Source: an uncultured Nitrososphaeraceae archaeon (GTDB lineage Archaea > Thermoproteota > Nitrososphaeria > Nitrososphaerales > Nitrososphaeraceae). Taken from it: a stretch of DNA of 64,000 nt. The notes beneath the pieces were generated by a model. That model worked only from the letters and a program-made list of their open reading frames with translations, searched no databases and was not told the DNA's origin. Below are positions 9,798 to 20,227 of the stretch, in pieces. The DNA lies in contig CAWIMJ010000047.1 of assembly GCA_963837175.1 (NCBI GenBank), positions 88,619 to 152,618 on the forward strand. Direction: 5' to 3'. How positions within the stretch are numbered: the stretch's first letter is position 1; the number at the start of each line of letters is the position of its first letter. Position numbers and translations under genes: made by a program.

Positions 9798-11467
9798 CTA
9801 TTCGACTGAGCAATTAAAAATAATCGGTAATTGCATCAACAAGATAGCAAAGAACAATAGTATAGTTGGTGTTTGTATTTATGGCTCAAAAGTAGCGGGC
9901 TATAGCCGCCCTGAACAGTGATTTTGATATTATCGTCGTCCTTGAAAATTATTCTTTTATTGTTAAATACGTCTATTTAGAGGAATCTGAAATAGAAATT
10001 TCAGCGCTCGTAGTGGATCGTGAATCTCTGGAAAAAGATGCTAGATCTGCATTTCTTGGAGATTTTGTGATCGGACGATTATTACATATCTATGACGCTA
10101 TCGTAAATCCAGAATTTTTCAAGCGTATTGAAACTATCTATAAGAAGCGGGTAATTATAGAAGAAATCTTTGATATAGTTAGATCAGCTAATATTCTTAG
10201 CACTGAAATCTCTTTTCCCTTAGATTTTATCATGTTTTCGAAAATAAAAAAACGCTGCTTACTTTATCCGAATGCGCTCTACAGTTACTACAAAATTTAT
10301 AACTGCGAGAATGGAGGCAAGAACTTTAATTTTGCGCTTGATGGTTATCATAGAGCTTTGAATGAAATAATAAACGAAGACAAAGATTTACTGCATAAAA
10401 GTCCGTCTGGTGATTCATTGCAGATATCCGAAAAACGTATTCTTGTGAACAAAAATGGTAGAATTGCTTCCTTGAAGTTGGGAAAGAAATTACAAGATTT
10501 TAGTTCCTACCTTGTCCATGTATATGCAGGTCGAGTAACCTTTCGCTATGCAGTAAAAGAAGCTCAATTGAAAATACACAGACAAAAAAAACAGCAATTA
10601 AATTTACCGATGTTTATGTCCTCTCCCAAGCAATCATATTGGAAACTACCTGAAGGTATATTAATTTTCAATAGTAAAAACTGGCTTGATGTAATTGCTA
10701 AAAATGAAAATTTTATGAGATATTCAATTTCAAATAAACATCGATTAGGAAAAGTAGATAGTAGAATTGTTCGCTTTACATTGACAAACCTTGATGATAA
10801 TAGTAAAAAGGTGATGGTCGTAAAAGAATATCCAAAAACCAAGGGCGTAAAATGGGCCGCCTTGAGCTTATGGACTTCGCAAGTCAAAAGATTCAAGGTG
10901 GATTCTTTGTTCAGATTAGGCAATGAATACAAAGCGCTCCGGTATATTCGTAACTTAGGATTAAATTCACCCGCCATTGAATCAGTTATTCTAAACAAGA
11001 GATTGCTAGTCACTGAATTTATACAGGGAAATTTGCTTGATGATGCAATCAAAAACTCTATGAATGAAGATTATGAATATAATAATACTAATTGGATCAA
11101 AATAGCAGGTGAACAAATAGCCAGAATACACAATGATAAGTCAACTCTTGGCAATATAAAACCAAAGAATTTAATCATACGAGGGAATTTACTTTACTTT
11201 ACAAATGTTGATCAATTTGGATTTCATTCAGGTGATCCCATTTGGGATATAGTGCAGTTTCTCTGCAGGGGGCTCAAACAAACAAGTAATTCTCTCGTAG
11301 CAAGCAAAGTAGTAAGAGAATTCTTACTTGGTTATTCAAACAAAACTACTGGCGAACATATCAGAAAATTATCAAGATCAAAACGCTATATCGAATCATT
11401 TTATCCATTAATAAGTCCAGTAGTTGCAAGATCAATAAAGAAAGAAATTAGAGAGTTGGTCTGTTAA
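9790..11467 (+). CDS. Nucleotidyltransferase (Pol-beta/MNT) fused to a protein-kinase-like domain; interrupted by a +1 frameshift at 9914-9915
   Basis: ATG 9790 gives MSSYS...IYGSKVAGYSRP. Removing one A in 'cctgaacagt' continues DSDFDIIVVLE...ALVVDRESLEKDA into the 10013-11467 ORF (~558 aa). C-terminus is kinase-like (VVKEY, EYKAL, LLVTEFIQG, GNIKPKNLI). Confidence 0.8.
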
Positions 11468-11469
11468 TG

Positions 11470-11685
11470 TTAACGTTTCTTTGGACTTTTCTTGGACTGT
11501 TCTTTAAGCGGAAATTCCGTAAAGCCGCATTTTCCACAGGTGTTTCTATTATCATGTTCGGCCATGAACACACCTTTTCCACATCTGGGGCAATCGCGTT
11601 TACTTCTTATTGTTTTATCTCCTTCAAGCTTATAGAAATTGTAAACGGCTACTTCTCCTTTTTTTGCCGTCTTTTTGTCAGCCAT
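11470..11685 (-). CDS. rps27ae: 30S ribosomal protein S27ae
   Basis: CPRCGKGVFMAEH..R..CGKCG zinc ribbon. Confidence 0.96.
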   Translation of the reverse strand: MADKKTAKKGEVAVYNFYKLEGDKTIRSKRDCPRCGKGVFMAEHDNRNTCGKCGFTEFPLKEQSKKSPKKR

Positions 11686-11687
11686 TT

Positions 11688-12074
11688 TTACTTCCTCGCT
11701 CCTCGAGATCCTGATTTTGTTTCGGCTGCTCTCGTCTGCTTAGCCTTCAGTCTATTGGCCTTCTCTTCATCTAACAATTTTTTTCTATCTTCATTAGACA
11801 TATTTCTCAATATTCTGTAACGAGGAAGCTGTTTCTTAGCCTCATCTTCATTATTGTAGATATACATGGTAGCATAAATATCAGAATTGCCTGTTTGACA
11901 TTTCATATTAATCGGAATAATTACGTTTCTATTAACATTCAGTTGCTTTGCAATCATATCTGCTGCATCGGCCCTCTTGACTTTACCTGCAGAGTTTTTT
12001 AGTAGAGACTTTATTTCTCGTCTATTTAAAAGCGTATTGTTATGGTCTTCTAAAATAAGAACTTCTAAGGACAA
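11688..12074 (-). CDS. rps24e: 30S ribosomal protein S24e
   Basis: 'NTLLNRREI' motif; directly upstream of S27ae. Confidence 0.9.
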   Translation of the reverse strand: MSLEVLILEDHNNTLLNRREIKSLLKNSAGKVKRADAADMIAKQLNVNRNVIIPINMKCQTGNSDIYATMYIYNNEDEAKKQLPRYRILRNMSNEDRKKLLDEEKANRLKAKQTRAAETKSGSRGARK

Positions 12075-12185
12075 CTTTCATAAAAGAACATTCTCTAACT
12101 CATATAAGTATTTGCATAACATTGATGCTGAATGCAGGCCGGAAGTATATGGATTTCCCAACCAACCAAAGAGATGGTAATAATT

Positions 12186-12274
12186 CGGGCCCGGTGGGCT
12201 TCGATCCCACGATAACTGGCTTCGGAGGCTTATGCTATTCGATCAGCACCCTATCCTGACTAGGCTACGGGCCC
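12186..12274 (-). tRNA. tRNA-Arg(CCG) with 14-nt non-canonical intron at 29/30
   Basis: GGGCCCG/CGGGCCC acceptor stem; removing 12230-12243 gives anticodon arm CTGGC-CTCCGAA-GCCAG; T arm GTGGG-ATCGAAG-CCCAC. Confidence 0.92.
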
Positions 12275-12465
12275 TGACAATATATTATATTAAAGTATTT
12301 AATGGTACACAGCTAAGTTATTTTATTCTAACTCTAATATTTGTAAAAAACATTTCATTCTATAAATAAAATAGATTATATTCGGTATTTAACCATATCA
12401 GTAAGCAAATTACAATTATTTATTCCAAAAGTTATATATTCGATAATGTTAATGCTAATCTTATT

Positions 12466-12867
12466 ATGTATGCGAAACTCTGTGAGCTAGAGATACTTTC
12501 AAGTTATCTTTCTGATATAAGTGTGGGTGATATGCTTTCTGTCCAAGCATTAATCACTAATCCTCTTGATTGGCATCACTTTTATGACAAGATATCCACT
12601 ATCCACAAAGAATCTAAAACGGATTTTATCGTTGTTACCGCAGAAGGAGACAGAATTGTTGGTTCAGGAGAAGTCATGGATATAGAAAGATGGAATAATT
12701 ATGGTCAGTTTGGATTTAAGATAAAAATTATGATCAAAAAACAAAAATCGTTAAGTGATAGACGCTTGAGATCTAATCATTCCAGTGTACAACAAACAAC
12801 TCTCCCAAAACAATCGGTTAATAGCAAATTTGAACTAAGCCATATTGGACAGCCATTAATAACCTAA
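12466..12867 (+). CDS. Hypothetical protein
   Basis: 133-aa ORF with ATG and upstream TATA-like 'ttatatat'; no motif recognised. Confidence 0.55.
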   Translation: MYAKLCELEILSSYLSDISVGDMLSVQALITNPLDWHHFYDKISTIHKESKTDFIVVTAEGDRIVGSGEVMDIERWNNYGQFGFKIKIMIKKQKSLSDRRLRSNHSSVQQTTLPKQSVNSKFELSHIGQPLIT

Positions 12868-13001
12868 ACAGAAACGTAATAGGAATATATTATTACTCTA
12901 ATATATTTTTGAAGTCTTCTGTTAACACATTTAGTCCAGCATCATCCCAGCTTTGGCTTTTATAACATTTAAGAGATGATTTAGGAAGAAGAAAAATTTA
13001 G

Positions 13002-13787
13002 GTGAATAGCTATGTGCTTAGAACATTTATATCCAAAAATCTATTTTTGCTCAATAATTTGAAACAGATAAAGTTGTTTGCTATAGACATTGACGGTACA
13101 TTAACAGAAAACGGTGGAGGAATGATACATCTGCCAGCTATTGAGAGTCTAAGGTATCTTGAGAGACTTGGATATAAAATAATTTATGTTTCTGGACGCT
13201 CATCGGTGGAGGCATATATACTTGCTGTCTTTGGTGGTACGACAAAAATTGCTGTTGGAGAAAATGGTGGTGTTGTGACTTTATCTCCCCAAGAACACAT
13301 ACTTTTAGCTGACAAGGAGAAGTGTATGAAAGGTTATGAGATCTTAAAGAAGGAAATAGAATTTATAAAAATTAAACCAGTTTTTCATAGACTCACAGAA
13401 ATTGTATTGTCTAGAACATTTGATATTGCAGAAGGACAAAAAATTTTAAATGAACATAATATGGACTTAAATCTTACCGATAGCAGATATGCTTTTCATA
13501 TCAACGAAAGAGGAGTTGACAAAGCTACCGGATTAAAAAAAGTATTGGATATTTTGAATGTAGCACCAGGAGAGACGGTTGCGATTGGTGACAGCCAGAC
13601 GGATATTCCCCTATTTGATCTGTGTGGCTATAGTATCGCCCTCAATCATTCCGAACCATATGTGAAAGCCAGAGCTAAATATGTAGTTCCTGGCAAAGAA
13701 GGTGAAGGCTTGATTGATGCAATTGAATATATTGCATTGAACTACTTTGGAGAGAGAACTTCGTTTGACATTTCGACTCCTAATTAA
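13002..13787 (+). CDS. HAD-family phosphoglycolate phosphatase (Cof/TA0175 type); true start probably TTG 13059
   Basis: DIDGTLT, SGR, KATGL and GDSQTD HAD motifs. Confidence 0.88.
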   Translation: MNSYVLRTFISKNLFLLNNLKQIKLFAIDIDGTLTENGGGMIHLPAIESLRYLERLGYKIIYVSGRSSVEAYILAVFGGTTKIAVGENGGVVTLSPQEHILLADKEKCMKGYEILKKEIEFIKIKPVFHRLTEIVLSRTFDIAEGQKILNEHNMDLNLTDSRYAFHINERGVDKATGLKKVLDILNVAPGETVAIGDSQTDIPLFDLCGYSIALNHSEPYVKARAKYVVPGKEGEGLIDAIEYIALNYFGERTSFDISTPN

Positions 13788-15690
13788 CGAAATTCATCAG
13801 GCATTATTAACTGGTCTCTCAAATCTGAATTACAGTCATCCAGATTTCAATATATCAGAATCACCCAGGAAAGAGTTTGGAGACCTAAGCTGCAATATAG
13901 CATTTCTACTTAGTAAAAAACTCAAAAGAAGACCTGTTGATATTGCAAATGAAATCATCGAGAAGGAGCTAAAACCGTATATCGAGAAAAAAAAGGCAGA
14001 CAACTCCATGTCCTTTATTCTTTCAGTTGAATCTCATCCATCTGGCTACATAAATTTTAAGACAAATGTGGCTAATTTAGCTTCTTATGCTCTTAATGAA
14101 GTACTCAAAAATCCTAACTACGGCTTTATTAAGATTGGTAACCGTGAAAAGATAATAATTGAGCATACAAGCATTAATCCAAACAAGGCAGTTCACGTTG
14201 GTCATATGCGTAATGTAATCTTAGGTGACACACTTTACAGGATATTGAAAGCAACAAACTATGAAGTAAAAGTTTTAAATTATATCGACGATTCGGGTTT
14301 ACAGGTTGCCGATATCGTTGTTGGATTCAAATTTGCTGGTCTTCCTCTCAATCCCATCGATGAATCTATAAAATTTGATCAATATTGTGGCGATGAAGTT
14401 TATGTAAAAATTAATGAAATGTATAAAGATGATCACAACCTTGAAGAGAAAAGAATATTAGTTCTTAAGGAAATGGAACAGGGAACGTCCGAGATTGCTC
14501 AATTTGCTTTACAAATCAGTATGCGAGTTTTGAAGGATCAACTAAAGACTTGTTGGAGAATAAAAGCCCATTATGACCTATTAAATTTTGAATCACAGAT
14601 TGTTATCTCTGGCCTATGGAATAAATCGTTTGAAATGTTAAAAGAAAATCGCATTGTTACTTTACAAACACAAGGAAAAAACAAAAATTGTTGGGTAATT
14701 AAACAGGACAATGAAGAGGAAAAAGTTATTGTCAGAAGTGATGGAACCGCAACTTACATAGCTAAGGATATACCATATGCAGCGTGGAAATTAGGGTTAG
14801 TCGAGGATCCTTTCTTCTATTATAAATTTACTGTTCAATGGGATGGATCTATTCTATGGTCTACGACTTTGGATCCCAATTCTGGTAACAGCAAACATCC
14901 TTGGTTTAATTCCGCTGATAAGGTTATTACGGTAATTGATTCAAGACAAACAAGACTACAGAGAATCATCACAAAGGTTCTGTCGAGTTTACGGGTTAAC
15001 AATGACAGATATTATCATCTCGCATATGAGGCAATAACTCTGAGCTCGGAGACTGCCAAAATCCTAGGACTTAATATTGGAGACAGACAATTCATGCATA
15101 TATCAGGTAGAAAAGGAATATATGTTAATGCAGACTACGTTTTGAATAAACTTCAAGCAATTGCTTACAAAGAAGTAAAAAAAAGAAATCCTGATCTTTT
15201 AGAAAATGACATAAATATGATTGCAGAAGAAATAGGAATATCTGCCATTAGATATAATTTGATTAAACAGGATCTTGATAAGATTATAACTTTTGACATA
15301 GTTGATTCATTGAGCCTGGTAGGCAACACTGGACCCTACTTACAATATACCTATGCTAGATCCCAGCGAATTTTGGAAAAATATGGAGAAAAAATAAAAT
15401 CAGGAAACTTTAATTTATTAACTCAAGAATATGAAGTTGATCTAATCAAAATAATTGCAAAAATGGATCTAGAGATAGAACAAACGGTCAAAACATTGAA
15501 CCCAAAGCTGCTGGCCAAGTACGCTTATGACCTTGCTACTGCCTTTAACCTATTCTACGAAAAAGTCCCTGTCTTAAGGGAGGAAAATAAAGAAATAATG
15601 CTTTCGAGATTAGTACTTGTAAAGTCTCTTGGAATTACCATGAAAAATATATTCAGTGTACTAGGGATTTCTGCATTAGATAGGATGTAA
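13747..15690 (+). CDS. argS: Arginine-tRNA ligase
   Basis: EHTSINPNKAVHVGHMRN (HIGH motif), RSDGTATY, GPYLQYTYAR, C-terminal DRM. Confidence 0.96.
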   Translation: MERELRLTFRLLINEIHQALLTGLSNLNYSHPDFNISESPRKEFGDLSCNIAFLLSKKLKRRPVDIANEIIEKELKPYIEKKKADNSMSFILSVESHPSGYINFKTNVANLASYALNEVLKNPNYGFIKIGNREKIIIEHTSINPNKAVHVGHMRNVILGDTLYRILKATNYEVKVLNYIDDSGLQVADIVVGFKFAGLPLNPIDESIKFDQYCGDEVYVKINEMYKDDHNLEEKRILVLKEMEQGTSEIAQFALQISMRVLKDQLKTCWRIKAHYDLLNFESQIVISGLWNKSFEMLKENRIVTLQTQGKNKNCWVIKQDNEEEKVIVRSDGTATYIAKDIPYAAWKLGLVEDPFFYYKFTVQWDGSILWSTTLDPNSGNSKHPWFNSADKVITVIDSRQTRLQRIITKVLSSLRVNNDRYYHLAYEAITLSSETAKILGLNIGDRQFMHISGRKGIYVNADYVLNKLQAIAYKEVKKRNPDLLENDINMIAEEIGISAIRYNLIKQDLDKIITFDIVDSLSLVGNTGPYLQYTYARSQRILEKYGEKIKSGNFNLLTQEYEVDLIKIIAKMDLEIEQTVKTLNPKLLAKYAYDLATAFNLFYEKVPVLREENKEIMLSRLVLVKSLGITMKNIFSVLGISALDRM

Positions 15691-15802
15691 AATAATACGA
15701 TTAGTTTTTGGAAAAAAATATAGAAGGATTTGTAGTACGTGTGGCTAAATAATTAGACAGCTAGTTACTTTTATTCTATATAAGCGCTCCTAGATGTAGA
15801 TT

Positions 15803-16107
15803 GGCTCTGTTAACTTAACGATAAATCTATAGCTAAAGATATCCTACCTTTTTAGATGGTCAAATCTAAAACAAGCAGAACACCTTTAAAATATATTTGC
15901 CATACATCATACTTGTACTTTTCTGATCTTTCGCTTAGAAAAACGTCAGAGCATCATTTATTGCCATTTGTTAAAAGGAATCATGTTTCAATACGGAATT
16001 GGATTCAAAAGTACAAGTCAAAGAAGATATTGCAAAAACGAAATAAAATACAAGAATTTCTTGAAGATGAAAAAGTAATTAACTCTATTTATGATCATCT
16101 GATTTAA
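15803..16107 (+). mobile_element. Truncated IS6-family element (left terminal repeat plus N-terminal transposase fragment)
   Basis: GGCTCTGTTAACTT end at 15803 resembles IS6 ends; ORF 15856-16107 'LYFSDLSLRKTS..RNHVSIRNWIQKY'; similar at DNA level to the 63.2-63.9 kb element. Confidence 0.75.
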
Positions 16108-16313
16108 TATTTTATATCTTAAAATGGAGTGTGAACTTCAATCCCGTTATTCTTGATCTTATAAAGATAAGCATAGGACCTATTGAATAACATATCACTA
16201 AATTAAATTTAGTAAGATCATCTGTCGCTGGTCCTAAAGAATTGCATACGATAAGAAAACAATTCTTGTATCTGGAAGGATTTTTATCAGTATAACTTTT
16301 TGTTTATTATTGT

Positions 16314-17117
16314 ATGAAAATACAAGAAGGTTATTATGTTTTGCTTTTTCATTCAAAGAGAAAGAAATGGTTAGTTAAAGTTACTACACAGAAGAAAATG
16401 CACACCCATCTTGGAGTCATTGATGTCTCATCGGTTATTGGACTGGAATATGGATCTCTCATTAAAACAACTGAGGGAAAGAGCATATATCTTATCCAGC
16501 CCACAGTGCACGACCTTATAATGAAATCTGAACGGAAGACTCAGATAGTCTATCCAAAAGATCTTGGTTATATAGCATCTAGGACTGGCTTGCAAAATGG
16601 CTCTACAGTATTAGAAATAGGAACAGGAAGTGCTGCCCTCACAACATTTATGGCAAGTATTGTAAAACCAACTGGTCATATTTACACTTATGACATCAAT
16701 GCTGATTTTATGGCTATAGCAAGAAAGAACCTGGAAAAAGCAGGGATGTTACAATATGTTACAATGCATCAGCAGGATCCTCATTTGGGTCTTAGCATTA
16801 GGGAAGCAGATGTTGCCGTAGTGGATCTCGGAGATCCTTGGAGTGTAGTTGCCGATGTTCATGTTTCGTTGAAAGGAAGTGGAGCCTTTGTAGCAATTTG
16901 CCCTACCATGAATCAACTAGAAAAGACTGCGACTGTCTTAAAACAATGCGGATATGTAGATGTTGATTGTGTAGAAATAATGATTCGTGACATAGAAGCA
17001 AGAGAAGGAATGACTCGGCCTTCAATGAGAATGATAGGACATACTACGTACTTAATATTTGGCAGAAAAGTTGAATCTAGTACCTTTCAATTGCTTCAAA
17101 ATATATCCTCTCCATGA
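16314..17117 (+). CDS. trmI: tRNA (adenine57/58-N1)-methyltransferase
   Basis: RKTQIVYPKD, EIGTGSAALT, DLGDPW, TRPSMRMIGHTTY. Confidence 0.93.
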   Translation: MKIQEGYYVLLFHSKRKKWLVKVTTQKKMHTHLGVIDVSSVIGLEYGSLIKTTEGKSIYLIQPTVHDLIMKSERKTQIVYPKDLGYIASRTGLQNGSTVLEIGTGSAALTTFMASIVKPTGHIYTYDINADFMAIARKNLEKAGMLQYVTMHQQDPHLGLSIREADVAVVDLGDPWSVVADVHVSLKGSGAFVAICPTMNQLEKTATVLKQCGYVDVDCVEIMIRDIEAREGMTRPSMRMIGHTTYLIFGRKVESSTFQLLQNISSP

Positions 17118-17416
17118 TTTTAGCCAAAGTCCAGTTCCAATAAATTCAAGTAAGCGACTTAACAAATACCTTTCATCGTAATAGTATATCGTGTATCGAA
17201 ATTCTATACATTTGTTCAAATATGAACGAGCTTAGCGATATTATTAACCGATACAAATCAGGCTGGTCTTCACATAAGATTATTTTGTTGGCTGAACTCC
17301 TTCATAAGTCTTTACTATACCAATATAATTTTGGAACAAGTCCATGTAACTTTTCTCTTCTTTTTTTATAATATATATATAATCTTTAATTACCTTGGTT
17401 TGTGCAATAACAAGAT

Positions 17417-17905
17417 ATGGCATCACTGCCTAACCTCGGGAAGAAATCAGTTGAGTCCCAGGCAGAGATGACAATTATTATGTTACCCTCAGATGCAAAT
17501 CCAAAAGGCAATGTTTTTGGCGGCGTTATATTAAAACACGTCGACCTTATTGCAGGACTAGTTGCCAAAAGGCATTCTGGCCGAGCCAATATTGTTACTG
17601 CAAGCATTGATAGAATGACATTTTTGAAACCAGTATTCATAGGAAATGCTTTGATTTTAACAGCCAGATTAAACTACGTACGTAAGTCATCGATGGAAGT
17701 GGAGGTCACTGTTCTGTCCGAAGATTTAGATGACAGTACACGGATTCATGCTGGTACTGCTTTTGTTACCATGGTTGCTCTCGATAAATATGGAAAACCT
17801 ACAGAAGTTCCTGCGATAATCTTGGACAGTGATGAAGACAAAAAACATTTCAAAGAGGGTGAGTCGAGAATGCTTTCACGTTTGAAGGAAGCTGGAAGAA
17901 TCTAA
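17417..17905 (+). CDS. Acyl-CoA thioesterase (hotdog fold, YciA-like)
   Basis: PSDANPKGNVFGG, VTASIDRMTFLKPV, SMEVEV. Confidence 0.92.
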   Translation: MASLPNLGKKSVESQAEMTIIMLPSDANPKGNVFGGVILKHVDLIAGLVAKRHSGRANIVTASIDRMTFLKPVFIGNALILTARLNYVRKSSMEVEVTVLSEDLDDSTRIHAGTAFVTMVALDKYGKPTEVPAIILDSDEDKKHFKEGESRMLSRLKEAGRI

Positions 17906-18397
17906 CGAGGTGATGTAAGTGTAAAAAATACGTATAATTTAGCTAGTTTGACTTTTGCTATCATCATATATGCCATCCGTTTTTTAACAGACTATAATGA
18001 TCTTCGTCAAAGAATTAGCTCATTTCAAAAGCATTAACTTTCAATTTCCCAAACGTGAAAATTTACCTGTTTAATAACATAAAAAATCAAATCTGTTCTA
18101 TGAGAAAACGATGTTATAATTTGTTAGTTAGATAAGACAAATTAAAGAAACAGTGTATTTTTAGTGGTTTAATTCATATCGTAATGAGGGTATTTATACT
18201 GAGTATACACAGAAACGTCTTCGTCATAGACGTTGAAATAGCAAACTTATAAACCCAACGCTAATTATAAAAATGTCTTTATCTAAGTGATCAATGTAAA
18301 ATCTAAATTGGTTAGAACTTTCCAATCCATTTAACAATATGTTAATATAGTAAAAACATCTTACAAATGGAATTCATGCAGTAACTATGCATGCGTA

Positions 18398-20227
18398 TTA
18401 ATCCTTACTCAGAAAAATTCTGATCTTGTTTCCAGCCAGTAAAGCATTTATCATTTTTTTTCCATTTTCTGATCGCTTGTCAATCTTTATTCTGGATTTT
18501 TTTCCTATCTGGCTGTTTAGGACAAATTCATCTTCAATATAGACATCGATCTTTTTTCCAACAGTGCTTTCGTCTACCAATATGTTAACAGTACTTCCAG
18601 CTTCGGAAACTTCAAAATCAAGTTCTTCGCCTAGAGTAGGAGTTTTAACTTCTATATCAATTTTCATTCCCAACATCCTTTCTAATTCTGATACTGTAGA
18701 TCCGCCTTTGCCTATGATCCTAGCTATTACATCCTTGCTGACCTTAACTTGAACTCTGTTATCGGAAATTATATTAATATCAGCGTCAGGATCGAATCTC
18801 CTAATCGTATCCTTGATTTTCGATTCAGCTAATTTTTTTATAATATTATCTGACTGAGCAGTTGTCTTCAATTCGGAGATTGGAACAACAACATTTTCTT
18901 CACCATAAGTATAAATTTCATATTCAATTGCTTGCGATTCAAAATCGCGCACCTCTACAAGTGGTCTTGCAAGATCAGCCTCAGTCATTCCTGTTGGAAC
19001 CTTGACCGTAAGCAGTACATCATAAACTTTTTCAATTATGCCATTCCTGATAAAGATAATAGTATCCAATATGTGAGGAATCATTCCTAGATCCACCCTA
19101 CCTATGAACCTCTGAACTGCATCAAGGGGACTACTAGCATGTACTACCCCTATCATCCCTACACCTGCTAACCTCATATCTGAGAATACTCCAAAGTCAT
19201 GCGCTCTTCTTATTTCATCGAAAATTGTATAATCTGGCCGTACTAATAACAATATATCTACGGCTTTTTCAAAACTACCTTCTAATGGTCCGTACTGAGT
19301 TACTTCATCAGGAACTTGCAAATCTCTTGGTGATTCAAAAGTTTTTACTATTTTTCCATTCTTTGAATAGAATTCTGCAAGGCTGCTTGCGAAAGTACTT
19401 TTACCCGAACCTGGGGGACCGGATATTACGATGCCCTCCGAACTAGCTGACAGCCTTTCAATCAACTTTTCTGTAGTATTATAACTCGCAAGAGAGAGTC
19501 TCACAATAGGCCTAACGATTGTAATTTCGAGACTGTTGGAAAAGGGTGGTCTTGTGATAGCGATTCGAAATATTCCGTATTGAATTACAGTCGCGCCGTT
19601 ACGGCTTATTTCTATAGATCCTGTTCTATTTACTCTAGATGCTTCAGAAATTTCTTTGATGATATTGGTCAGTTCCTGATATGTGCTTTTTTTTTCCTCA
19701 AGCTTTATAAGCTGAGAACTTCCCGGTTTACCACGTTTTGCCCAAGGTGATACCCCTTCTTTAAGGTGCACACTCATTGTATCACTATCAAAGAACTTTT
19801 CGAATTCTAGGTTAGTTGTCTTGGTAGTGGTGCCTATATGTAAGGATTTTACTCCCTGTGCCTCGGCAACAAGTGCTTGAACATAGTCGGCTGTAACTAG
19901 TGTAGCATCTTCCTTCAAGGCCACATCTTTTATTATCGCATCGATCCTTCCACGCTTTGCAAGACGAATGTCGTCGATGTTAGGTCTTTCACCTAGAAAT
20001 TTAAGGGATATATGTTTGATTGAACTTTGGTCTCTTATCTTCTTAATCTCATTTAAGCCTACAAATCCATGCTCCTTATTAGAGGATGCTTGCGACTGCA
20101 ATTCATCTAACACCGCTAAAGGAATTATAATTTCACTACCATTATCAATCTGACCTGCATCGATCATCTTTGTAATCTCTCCATCAATAATTATACTCGT
20201 ATCTAAAACATACCTTTTATTATTCAA
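18398..20227 (-). CDS. PINA: PIN-domain, PilT/VirB11-like ATPase, KH-domain protein
   Basis: N-terminal PIN (VLDTSIIIDG), Walker A GPPGSGKST, ESPRDLQ, RPDYTIFDE, KH motif IIGKGG. Confidence 0.92.
   Translation of the reverse strand: MNNKRYVLDTSIIIDGEITKMIDAGQIDNGSEIIIPLAVLDELQSQASSNKEHGFVGLNEIKKIRDQSSIKHISLKFLGERPNIDDIRLAKRGRIDAIIKDVALKEDATLVTADYVQALVAEAQGVKSLHIGTTTKTTNLEFEKFFDSDTMSVHLKEGVSPWAKRGKPGSSQLIKLEEKKSTYQELTNIIKEISEASRVNRTGSIEISRNGATVIQYGIFRIAITRPPFSNSLEITIVRPIVRLSLASYNTTEKLIERLSASSEGIVISGPPGSGKSTFASSLAEFYSKNGKIVKTFESPRDLQVPDEVTQYGPLEGSFEKAVDILLLVRPDYTIFDEIRRAHDFGVFSDMRLAGVGMIGVVHASSPLDAVQRFIGRVDLGMIPHILDTIIFIRNGIIEKVYDVLLTVKVPTGMTEADLARPLVEVRDFESQAIEYEIYTYGEENVVVPISELKTTAQSDNIIKKLAESKIKDTIRRFDPDADINIISDNRVQVKVSKDVIARIIGKGGSTVSELERMLGMKIDIEVKTPTLGEELDFEVSEAGSTVNILVDESTVGKKIDVYIEDEFVLNSQIGKKSRIKIDKRSENGKKMINALLAGNKIRIFLSKD

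Noticed and set aside
18195-18235. Short palindromes tatact-g-agtata and aacgtct/agacgtt between convergent genes
   Set aside because: Stems of 6-7 bp are expected by chance; no repeat array or RNA family recognised.
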